Assembly (NCBI RefSeq): GCF_000017845.1
Contig: NC_010546.1
Span: 3,450,001 to 3,482,000, forward strand
Length of the DNA: 32,000 bases
Source of the DNA: Crocosphaera subtropica ATCC 51142
Lineage (GTDB): Bacteria > Cyanobacteriota > Cyanobacteriia > Cyanobacteriales > Microcystaceae
Direction: 5' to 3'
Shown here in pieces: positions 17,185 to 24,282 of this stretch (positions within the stretch are counted from its first letter, which is position 1; every line of letters begins with the position of its first letter). The position numbers and the translations under genes were made by a program. Below the pieces are notes generated by a model, which did no database searches, was not told the DNA's origin, and saw nothing but the letters and a program-made list of their open reading frames with translations.

Positions 17185-17502
17185 TCAATTTTCAATTTCA
17201 GACTTCATACGTTCTAATGTCATGTTCATTTGATCAAACATTTGTTGGGGAGTCATTCCAAATTGGCCTAACTGTGTTTTCAACTGTTGAACTGTCATTT
17301 GAGCCATAAAATCTTCCGATAATTCAAAGCGTTTCATGAAAATTTTATAACGTTCCATGAGTGCTTCCATTTGGTCAATGAAAATTTTCTTACCCTCACG
17401 GTCAAATTTACCGTATTCCCCCCCTAATTTGATCAAAGATTGATAATCTTCAAATAACTTTTTAGCTTCTTCTTGAACAACATCTGAATCAAAAAATCCC
17501 AT
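17185..17502 (-). CDS. Conserved cyanobacterial small protein (DUF1825-like)
   Basis: 105 aa, helical and charged: MGFFDSDVVQEEAKKLFEDYQSL...FMKRFELSEDFMAQMTVQQLKTQLGQFG. I recall it as a cyanobacteria-restricted family. Function unknown. Confidence 0.72.
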   Translation of the reverse strand: MGFFDSDVVQEEAKKLFEDYQSLIKLGGEYGKFDREGKKIFIDQMEALMERYKIFMKRFELSEDFMAQMTVQQLKTQLGQFGMTPQQMFDQMNMTLERMKSEIEN

Positions 17503-17697
17503 TGTTATATCCCTGTATACTATTAATTACGATTGACTATAAGCCAAGCACTTTTTATTGTAAAGAACTTGAAACAGATTGAAAACTACGGTTTACCGTA
17601 TCATCCCTCAGTTGAACCCAAAAATATTGGGAACCCTTTCTGCTCAAAACCGTCTTTTGCAGTAGACTGATTTTGTCCACCCATCTGCTTAACCGCA

Positions 17698-18108
17698 ATG
17701 CAACGATTGGAACAGCTATTAAGTCACCCAAAAAGTCGTAAAGTGGGTATTATCCTAGCTTTGTTGTCTACCATTGTACCTTGGCCGATTGCTGGTGTAC
17801 ATAAATTTTACTTAGGCCAACCTGTGTGGGGTGTCATTTATTTATTATTATGGAATACTCCTATCCCTAGCATTGCTTGTGCGATCGATGCCGTCTGGTA
17901 TTTTGTGCAAGGAGAAGCTCAATTTAATGCTCAATTTAATGGTTTAGAAAGTGACCCTCATACAATATATACTCAACAAATAGAACCCCTGCAAGTCAAT
18001 GTGATTTCTGAAGGATTACGGGAACTCGATAAACTACGAGAAGAAGGGTTAGTGTCTGAATACGAATTTGAACAAAAACGCCGTAAACTTTTAGAGAGAA
18101 TTAATTAA
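17698..18108 (+). CDS. TM2-domain membrane protein with a C-terminal SHOCT-like tail
   Basis: 136 aa. GVHKFYLGQPVWGVIYLLL is the TM2-domain signature. The C-terminal LREEGLVSEYEFEQKRRKLL matches the SHOCT short oligomerisation motif. Confidence 0.78.
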   Translation: MQRLEQLLSHPKSRKVGIILALLSTIVPWPIAGVHKFYLGQPVWGVIYLLLWNTPIPSIACAIDAVWYFVQGEAQFNAQFNGLESDPHTIYTQQIEPLQVNVISEGLRELDKLREEGLVSEYEFEQKRRKLLERIN

Positions 18109-18109
18109 A

Positions 18110-18172
18110 CAGTTATCAGTGAACAGTTCTCAGTTATCATCGAAAAAATTATAACCCCGAACTCCGAACCCC
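18110..18172. repeat. Two adjacent heptamer arrays (CAGTNNN and AACYCCG types)
   Basis: CAGTTAT CAGTGAA CAGTTCT CAGTTAT occupy 18110-18137, and AACCCCGAACTCCGAACCCC occupies 18153-18172, in the spacer between two plus-strand genes. Confidence 0.8.
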
Positions 18173-18178
18173 TAAAAA

Positions 18179-18718
18179 ATGGTCTTTTCCTCCTTTTCTC
18201 AACAATTAAATCCCCGTAAAAAAAAGATTCGTCAACAAATAGAAAACGATCCTTATTATCGATTTCAGTCCCTAGAAGAAATTGCGATCGCAGCAGAATT
18301 AGGAATCAAAATTGATGTTACCCAAGCCACCATTGACGACTTATTAAGATTACCTGGAATTTCTATTCATCAAGCCAGAAACTTAGTGGAATTAATACAA
18401 ACAGGGGTAGAAATATTATCCATAGAAGATATGTCCGCAGCCTTAAATATTCACCTATCTCGTCTCCAACCCCTAAAACCAATTTTAACCTTTTCTTATT
18501 ATGATCCCGAAAGTTTAGTCAACCCGAAAAAAATAAATATTAATACAGCAAATTTAGAAACATTGCAACAAATACCGACAATTTCTAAAGAATTGATTCA
18601 AAAAATAATAAGCGATCGCCAGGAAAAAGGAAATTATAAAAATTTAGTAGATTTACAAAAAAGACTGCAATTAAATGCTACAATAATATCAGACTTAATG
18701 CACTATATTATCTTTTAA
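18179..18718 (+). CDS. ComEA-like helix-hairpin-helix DNA-binding protein
   Basis: 179 aa with two HhH-type units: DDLLRLPGISIHQARNLVE and ININTANLETLQQIPTISKELIQKIISDRQEKGNYKNLVDL. Confidence 0.72.
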   Translation: MVFSSFSQQLNPRKKKIRQQIENDPYYRFQSLEEIAIAAELGIKIDVTQATIDDLLRLPGISIHQARNLVELIQTGVEILSIEDMSAALNIHLSRLQPLKPILTFSYYDPESLVNPKKININTANLETLQQIPTISKELIQKIISDRQEKGNYKNLVDLQKRLQLNATIISDLMHYIIF

Positions 18719-18723
18719 TTTTT

Positions 18724-18742
18724 AACTCCGAACCCCGAACTC
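18724..18742. repeat. AACTCCG/AACCCCG heptamer array
   Basis: AACTCCGAACCCCGAACTC lies 5 nt before the ATG at 18747. Confidence 0.8.
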
Positions 18743-18746
18743 AAAA

Positions 18747-19220
18747 ATGTTAACCTTTAAAAAAATAACCTTAATTGATGCACCCATAGAAAAAGTTTGG
18801 GAATTTCACGAACGCCCTGATATTTTAGATATTTTAACCCCTCCTTGGCAACCGGTGAAAATTGTCAAACGAGAAGGAGGGTTAGACATCGGCGCAATTA
18901 CAGAATTTCAACTGATGTTAGGATTTATTCCTATTCGTTGGTTAGCCCGTCATACTGAATGTAATAAGCCCTATTTATTCGTCGACATTCAAGAAATAGG
19001 TCCTTTGAGATCCTGGGAACACCGTCATCAATTTACCCCAAAAAATGGTAAAACCGAACTCACCGACGAAATTAAATACGAAATTCCTGGGGGTAGAATT
19101 GTCGAAATTCTAATTGGGTGGTGGGTTGATTTTCGTTTACAAGATATGTTTACTTATCGTCACGAAATTACGAAAAAAATGTTAAACAGCGAACAGGGAA
19201 CAGACAACAGTGGTCAATAA
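18747..19220 (+). CDS. SRPBCC-superfamily (START/cyclase-dehydrase-like) ligand-binding protein
   Basis: 157 aa. The N-terminal IDAPIEKVWEFHERPDILDILTPPW is typical of the COG4276-type SRPBCC family. The last 11 codons are encoded by an AACAGNN heptamer array. Confidence 0.72.
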   Translation: MLTFKKITLIDAPIEKVWEFHERPDILDILTPPWQPVKIVKREGGLDIGAITEFQLMLGFIPIRWLARHTECNKPYLFVDIQEIGPLRSWEHRHQFTPKNGKTELTDEIKYEIPGGRIVEILIGWWVDFRLQDMFTYRHEITKKMLNSEQGTDNSGQ

Positions 19221-19306
19221 ATTTAATTGGGTAACGGATAACGGGTTGTTAAAGAATTAGTTAATGAATTAACCTAAAATCAATTATTATTATAGTATTA
19301 GCAATG

Positions 19307-19345
19307 ACCCATAAGGTGAATATACCTATGGGTTCTTTAATTTAC
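19307..19345 (+). terminator. Probable intrinsic terminator after the SRPBCC gene
   Basis: ACCCATAAGG (19307-19316) pairs with CCTATGGGT (19325-19333) with one bulge, followed by the T-rich TCTTTAATTT. Confidence 0.45.
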
Positions 19346-19423
19346 TCAAAAGTTAACTACAGGGAAACAAAGAGAACAAAATCCAAACAAACCCCTATCA
19401 TTGACCCTAGAGGAAAATAAATT

Positions 19424-20482
19424 ATGATCGTTGTCATGAAAGTTGGTTCACCGGCTGATGAAATTGAACGCATTAGCCAAGAATTTACAGAATGGGGCTT
19501 AAGTCCTGAAAAAATCGTCGGTAAACATAAAGTGGTTATCGGCCTAGTGGGGGAAACCGCTTCCCTAGATCCCCTACAAATCCAAGAAATTAGTCCTTGG
19601 ATTGAAAATGTCCTACGGGTCGAACAACCCTTCAAACGGGCGAGTTTGGAATATCGTCACGGAGAATATAGTGAAGTGATTATTGATACTCCAGATGGGC
19701 CAGTTGCTGTAGGTAAAAATCACCCTGTTGCAGTGGTAGCCGGTCCGTGTTCAGTAGAAAATGAAGCCATGATTGTCGAAACCGCCAAACGGGTTAAAGC
19801 AGCCGGGGCAAAATTTTTGCGGGGTGGGGCCTACAAACCTCGGACTTCCCCCTACGCTTTCCAAGGCCACGGAGAAAGTGCCTTAGAATTACTCGCAGCA
19901 GCCAGAGAAGCCAGTGGTTTAGGGATTATTACAGAAGTCATGGATGCAGCGGACTTAGACAAAATTGCAGAAGTGGCTGATGTGGTTCAAGTCGGGGCGA
20001 GAAATATGCAAAACTTCTCCCTTCTCAAAAAAGTTGGGGCCCAAGATAAACCCGTCTTACTGAAGCGAGGAATGTCAGCTACTATCGATGAATGGTTAAT
20101 GGCCGCTGAATACGTTTTGGCCGCAGGGAATCCCCGTGTCATTCTCTGTGAAAGAGGGATTCGCACCTTTGACGGTAAATACACCCGTAACACCTTAGAT
20201 TTATCTGTGTTACCCGTATTGCGGTCTTTAACTCACTTACCCATCATGATCGATCCCAGTCATGGTACCGGAAAATCCGATTATGTTCCGGCCATGGCCG
20301 CTGCTGCGATCGCTGCTGGAACCGATTCGTTAATGATTGAAGTTCATCCCAACCCGGCTAAAGCCCTATCTGATGGTCCCCAGTCTTTGACCCCAGACAA
20401 GTTTGACCGTGTGATGCAAGATTTATCCATCATCGGTAAAACCGTTAATCGTTGGCCGCAAGCAGAAGTCGCTTTAGCGTAG
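19424..20482 (+). CDS. aroF: 3-deoxy-7-phosphoheptulonate (DAHP) synthase, type I-beta, with an N-terminal ferredoxin-like regulatory domain
   Basis: 352 aa. The core has GPCSVENE, KFLRGGAYKPRTSPYAFQG, ERGIRTF and IDPSH motifs. An extension of about 70 aa (MIVVMKVGSP...VIGLVG) precedes the core. AGAGGA Shine-Dalgarno. Confidence 0.94.
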   Translation: MIVVMKVGSPADEIERISQEFTEWGLSPEKIVGKHKVVIGLVGETASLDPLQIQEISPWIENVLRVEQPFKRASLEYRHGEYSEVIIDTPDGPVAVGKNHPVAVVAGPCSVENEAMIVETAKRVKAAGAKFLRGGAYKPRTSPYAFQGHGESALELLAAAREASGLGIITEVMDAADLDKIAEVADVVQVGARNMQNFSLLKKVGAQDKPVLLKRGMSATIDEWLMAAEYVLAAGNPRVILCERGIRTFDGKYTRNTLDLSVLPVLRSLTHLPIMIDPSHGTGKSDYVPAMAAAAIAAGTDSLMIEVHPNPAKALSDGPQSLTPDKFDRVMQDLSIIGKTVNRWPQAEVALA

Positions 20483-20540
20483 AATTATGGGGGTTTACTG
20501 ATATCTTTCACCAGTACAGGAAAACTCAATAATGTAAGCA

Positions 20541-20628
20541 TTCAGTATTCAGCGATCAGCAGTCAGTCTTATAAGAATATATATAGCTGATAGCTGATGG
20601 CTGATGGCTGATGGCTGATGGCTGACAA
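20541..20628. repeat. Two opposed heptamer (STRR-like) arrays
   Basis: TTCAGTA TTCAGCG ATCAGCA GTCAGTC occupy 20541-20568. CTGATAG, then CTGATGG x4, then CTGACAA occupy 20587-20628. The TCAGC and GCTGA cores are reverse complements. Confidence 0.85.
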
Positions 20629-20663
20629 ACTAGCTGATTTTATCGAAGGTGCAAGATATGAGT
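20585..20663 (+). repeat. Dispersed intergenic repeat, copy B (with an expanded heptamer array)
   Basis: AGCTGATAGCTGA is followed by the (CTGATGG) array and AAACTAGCTGATTTTATCGAAGGTGCAAGATATGAGT. Same orientation as copy A. Confidence 0.85.
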
Positions 20664-20788
20664 TTAAGTGTTATGAACCCTCACCTTATTATAGGAAGTT
20701 TAGTTGTTACTTTTATGGGGTTTCCCTGTAGGAGTAACGACTACTTCGTTTAGGGATTAATTTCATTAAATCTAAATCTAAGAAAATT

Positions 20789-21076
20789 ATGTCAAAAGTA
20801 ATTGATATTGGTACTCTCATAAAAAGCGATCCCAAAATTCATGGAGGTTGTCCTATTATTTCTGGAACAGGAGTTACTGTCCGCAGAATAGTTATATGGT
20901 ATAAATTAGGTTATAGTGCCGAAGAAATTGCCGATGAAATTTCTCATCTTTCGTTAGCACAAGTCTATGCTGCTTTAACGTATTATCACACCAACAAAGA
21001 AGCGATCGAATCAGAAATTATAGCAGAAACTGCCGAAGCAGATCAGATTGAAGCATTACATCATTCTCCTTATTAA
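20789..21076 (+). CDS. DUF433-domain protein (antitoxin-like partner)
   Basis: 95 aa. HGGCPIISGTGVTVRRIVIWYKLGYSAEEIADEISHLSLAQVYAALTYY is the DUF433 HTH-like core. Confidence 0.9.
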   Translation: MSKVIDIGTLIKSDPKIHGGCPIISGTGVTVRRIVIWYKLGYSAEEIADEISHLSLAQVYAALTYYHTNKEAIESEIIAETAEADQIEALHHSPY

Positions 21077-21078
21077 TA

Positions 21079-21447
21079 ATGAGTAAAATTAGCTTATATA
21101 TGGATGAAGATTCCACAGCGCGATCGCTTGCTTTAACATTGAAAAGTAGAGGAGTTAATGTGATTACTGCTTTAGAAGTAAATAGATTACGGTATGGCGA
21201 TGAGGAACAATTAGTCTGGGCAACATCTCAAGGTTATACTCTTTATAGTTCTAATATTAGAGATTTTTATTACTTACATACGAATTTTTTAGAACAAAAA
21301 AGAGATCATGCGGGAATTATTTTAGTTCAACAACAAAAATATTCGCTAGGAGAAATAACGCGAGGTCTTTTACAGCTTATTGCAACTAAATCTGCTGAAG
21401 AAATGATTAATCAAGTTGAATTTATAAGTGGTTGGATTATCCGATAG
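21079..21447 (+). CDS. DUF5615-family PIN-like protein (toxin-like partner)
   Basis: 122 aa. It starts 2 nt after the DUF433 stop. The acidic YMDED N-terminus and overall pattern match the DUF5615 proteins that pair with DUF433. Confidence 0.88.
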   Translation: MSKISLYMDEDSTARSLALTLKSRGVNVITALEVNRLRYGDEEQLVWATSQGYTLYSSNIRDFYYLHTNFLEQKRDHAGIILVQQQKYSLGEITRGLLQLIATKSAEEMINQVEFISGWIIR

Positions 21448-21456
21448 AATATTTTT

Positions 21457-21480
21457 TTAATATAGATCTTAATATAGATC
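21457..21480. repeat. Perfect 12-bp tandem duplication
   Basis: TTAATATAGATC appears twice in direct succession, 10 nt after the DUF5615 stop. Confidence 0.9.
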
Positions 21481-21533
21481 ATAGTAAAAACAGATCAATG
21501 AAAAAATTACCCAAACTTATTCAAATCTTATTA

Positions 21534-21761
21534 ATCTGCACTGGTGAAAGATGATAACTGAGAAATGGGTTTTTCTGGTGTTTTATTTAATACTTGACAG
21601 TCTGCTAAATATTCATCAATAACCTTATGAAATGATTGTTTTAACTTGTCAACAGATAAGCCATCAAACACAATAACATCTTTTATATTAATAACACGAC
21701 CAAAAAATAAACGATCTTCGTCATCATATTCAATTTTTGCTTCGTATCCTTTATTAACTTG
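21534..21761 (-). pseudogene. hicB: hicB-family antitoxin fragment (no start codon, C-terminal DNA-binding half missing)
   Basis: Hand translation of the minus strand gives QVNKGYEAKIEYDDEDRLFFGRVINIKDVIVFDGLSVDKLKQSFHKVIDEYLADCQVLNKTPEKPISQLSSFTSAD*. This matches the HicB N-terminal domain pattern (YKGY..IEYD.ED..F.G.V.GI.DVI.F.G.SV.EL...F...VD.YL..C...GK.PEKP). The open frame contains no ATG, GTG or TTG, and no hicA is adjacent. Confidence 0.62.
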
Positions 21762-22227
21762 TCATGAAGAAGATGAAACCAAAATATTACAGGAAAATCA
21801 GGAATTATTAGATCAGGGGTTGATCGAGATAATGATAGCAGTAGCGCAACAATTAGAGGAAGCAGAAAGAGAAAATGAAGCGCAATGGTTAATGAATATG
21901 GCGCAACAGTTAGCGCAAGCATTAGGAATATTAGATGCTGAAACAGCAGAAACCCCAAATGAATATTTTGATTTCTTAATGGAGGCATTACAGAAAGTTC
22001 AAGATAATCCTGATCCTCAGTTAATATATCCTTTTCTTAAACAAAACTTGTATAAGTTAGATATAAATTTGATTCAAATTATCAAAAATGAGGTTAAAAA
22101 TAGCCTAATATCTGTGGATATAGAAACTTCACACAATATTTCCCAGTTTTTAGCTGAGTTTAGCACTCTCATTTCTCAATTTAAAAATCCTTATTATTGG
22201 TCAGCATTTTTTGCTTCAGGAGTGTAG
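21751..22227 (+). pseudogene. Collapsed CHAT-domain/TPR protein remnant (N-terminal region joined to the last ~14 codons)
   Basis: LLTCHEEDETKILQENQELLDQGLIEIMIAVAQQLEEAERENEAQWLMNMAQQLAQALG... is the stereotyped N-terminal region of large cyanobacterial TPR-CHAT proteins. The ORF then ends in KNPYYWSAFFASGV, the CHAT C-terminal signature. The TPR and CHAT domains in between are absent. The track ORF (21646, TTG start) begins with 35 codons that are merely antisense to the hicB fragment. Confidence 0.62.
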
Positions 22228-22276
22228 AATTTTTGATGATAGAAGAAATCTTAAAATGTTATCAAAACTTCTTTGT

Positions 22277-22340
22277 GGTGGGTTACGGTGGATTGAAAAC
22301 TGATAGATTTATCTCATAAAATATTGCCACCTAACCCACC
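22277..22340. repeat. Palindromic element with GGTGGGTTA-type arms
   Basis: GGTGGGTTACGGTGG (22277-22291) faces CCACCTAACCCACC (22327-22340), separated by 35 nt, between two convergent decayed genes. Confidence 0.7.
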
Positions 22341-22346
22341 CTACTA

Positions 22347-22702
22347 TTAATCAGCATTAGCACAATAATTCTCTAATCCATATTTATTTAAAATATAAAG
22401 TAATACAGCTACAGCAACACCAACAGTACCGAATAAACCGGTTAAAATGCTGACAATATCTACAGTAGTTCTAGATAAATCAGCGCAAACAATTGGACGA
22501 GATCTTTGGGCTAATTGATCTAATCTTAATCCTTTATCTGGTTATATTACAGTTTCTTCCATAGAAATTAAAATTAACGCATCGTCTAAATTTCCATCAC
22601 ACTCATCGATTAAATATAAAGCTTTCAAAGCGTCAGAATAACCTTTTAATTGTTCTCGATATTGTTTAATTTTTCAGGAGTTAATTGTGTTGAATCTGTC
22701 AT
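22347..22702 (-). pseudogene. Small C-terminally TM-anchored protein gene disrupted by a frameshift and an in-frame stop
   Basis: The minus strand reads MTDSTQLTPEK from ATG 22702. After an A5 run (about 22670-22674) the sense continues in another frame as IKQYREQLKGYSDALKALYLIDECDGNLDDALILISMEETVI. A TAA follows, and the same frame then continues PDKGLRLDQLAQRSRPIVCADLSRTTVDIVSILTGLFGTVGVAVAVLLYILNKYGLENYCANAD*. Confidence 0.58.
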
Positions 22703-22796
22703 AACTTTACGCTTAAATGTTAAACAAATTTCTTTCTATTATCTCACTTTTATAAGAAAAATTATGACCCTTAAAGATAGCTAAACTCAAAAAAAT

Positions 22797-22828
22797 AACT
22801 CCAAACTCCGAACCCCGAACTCCGAACG
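22797..22828. repeat. AACTCCG/AACCCCG heptamer (STRR-like) array
   Basis: AACTCCA AACTCCG AACCCCG AACTCCG AACG lies about 70 nt upstream of the sppA start. Confidence 0.85.
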
Positions 22829-22895
22829 CTTTACCCCCAACCCTCTCAAGACTTGTTACAATATGCCTCATCTCCATTATGTTTGACGTTAATCT

Positions 22896-23714
22896 ATGAT
22901 TTGGCCATTTAAACCTAGACCCAGTAAACAAATAGCCCGTATTGAAATTACAGGGGCGATCGCTTCAGAAACCCGTAAATATGTCCTCGAAGCCCTCAAC
23001 ACGGTAAAAGAGAAGAAATTTCCGGCCTTATTGTTACGCATAGATTCCCCTGGGGGAACCGTTGGCGACTCCCAAGAAATTTATGAAGCCCTAAAACGTC
23101 TACAAGATAAGGTGAAAATTGTGGCTAGTTTTGGCAATATTTCTGCTTCTGGAGGAGTTTATATTGGCATGGGCGCACAACACATTATGGCTAACCCCGG
23201 AACCATTACTGGCAGTATTGGGGTGATTTTACGAGGGAATAATTTAGAACGATTATTAGATAAAATTGGGGTTTCTTTCAAAGTAATTAAATCAGGTCCT
23301 TACAAAGATATTTTGGCCTTTGATCGAGAATTAACCGAAGAAGAACATCATATCTTACAAGAGATGATCGATACCAGTTATCAACAATTTGTCACTACTG
23401 TAGCCCAAGGACGAAACTTAGATGTTAATAAAGTTAAAACCTTCGCCGATGGTCGCATTTTTACCGGACAACAGGCCCTAGAATTAGGAGTCGTGGACCG
23501 TTTAGGGACAGAAGAAGATGCCCGCCGTTGGGCTGCTGAATTAGCAGGATTAAACCCCGATAAAGCCCAATGTTATGACATCGAAGAACCTAAATCCTTA
23601 TTAAATCGGGTTTTGTCTCGTAATCAAAGTAAGTCAAAATTGAAAACATCAATGGACTGGCTAGAATTTGAATTGAAAACCAACGGCCAACCTTTGTGGT
23701 TATATCGTCCTTAA
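22896..23714 (+). CDS. sppA: Signal peptide peptidase SppA, 36K type
   Basis: 272 aa. It has IDSPGGTVGDSQEI and the catalytic-Ser region ISASGGVYIGMGA, plus a GSIGV motif. Confidence 0.93.
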   Translation: MIWPFKPRPSKQIARIEITGAIASETRKYVLEALNTVKEKKFPALLLRIDSPGGTVGDSQEIYEALKRLQDKVKIVASFGNISASGGVYIGMGAQHIMANPGTITGSIGVILRGNNLERLLDKIGVSFKVIKSGPYKDILAFDRELTEEEHHILQEMIDTSYQQFVTTVAQGRNLDVNKVKTFADGRIFTGQQALELGVVDRLGTEEDARRWAAELAGLNPDKAQCYDIEEPKSLLNRVLSRNQSKSKLKTSMDWLEFELKTNGQPLWLYRP

Positions 23715-23805
23715 AATACGTTAAACCAAACAGAAAAATGACTCTAGGGGTGAGACAATGGGAGTGCAACTAACGAACACCGAACATTGTTGGAGGGACG
23801 CGATC

Positions 23806-24198
23806 GTGGAGTGGAAAGTCAGGGGAATTCGAGGGGCAACCACAGTGACAGAAAACAGCCAAGAAGCCATAGGAGAAGCAGTTAGCGAGTTATTAGATGT
23901 CATTGAAAACCAAAATCAACTAAATCCTGAAGATATTGTTAGTGTTACCTTCACCGCTACCCAGGACCTCGATGCTATTTTTCCGGCTGCGATCGCCCGT
24001 CAACGCCCCCACTGGCAAGATGTACCCCTTCTAGATGTCCAACAAATGTCCGTTGAAGGTAGCTTAAAACGCTGTATAAGGGTTCTCATTCACGTTAATA
24101 CCTCAAAACCCCAAAAAGAAATTTCTCACGCCTATTTACGCGGTGCTTCTAATCTTCGTCCGGATTGGCGTTTAACCTATACAAGCCATTCCTTGTAA
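23806..24198 (+). CDS. aroH: Chorismate mutase, AroH class
   Basis: The core VRGIRGATTV...VSVTFTATQDLDAIFPA...KRCIRVLIHVNT aligns to B. subtilis AroH as I recall it. I prefer GTG 23806, with GGAGG 9 nt upstream. The track start ATG 23758 would add 16 aa. Confidence 0.88.
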   Translation: MEWKVRGIRGATTVTENSQEAIGEAVSELLDVIENQNQLNPEDIVSVTFTATQDLDAIFPAAIARQRPHWQDVPLLDVQQMSVEGSLKRCIRVLIHVNTSKPQKEISHAYLRGASNLRPDWRLTYTSHSL

Positions 24199-24282
24199 AA
24201 AGACAAAGTCGTATTTGGTCAGGGGAAAATGTCTTATGTTCGATTCAGATAGTTGAGTAAACAGAGATTAAGGATTAAATCA

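Noticed and set aside
19357-20193. Track ORFs 19357..19635 (-) and 19987..20193 (-), antisense to DAHP synthase
   Set aside because: Shadow ORFs opposite a high-confidence CDS.
20658-20753. 31-aa hydrophobic ORF (MSLSVMNPHLIIGSLVVTFMGFPCRSNDYFV) starting inside repeat copy B, as a possible type I toxin-like peptide
   Set aside because: The equivalent ATG in repeat copy A opens only a 9-codon unrelated ORF. There is no Shine-Dalgarno and nothing supports conservation. Kept only as a note.
21646-21988. Track ORF 21646..22227 taken as an intact 193-aa gene, and 21683..21988 (-)
   Set aside because: The first 35 codons of the plus ORF start at a TTG and are merely antisense to the hicB fragment; only 21751 onward has family resemblance. 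The minus ORF is a low-complexity shadow.
22713-22931. Track ORF 22713..22931 (-)
   Set aside because: It runs through the AACTCCG heptamer array and overlaps the sppA start. No coding signal.
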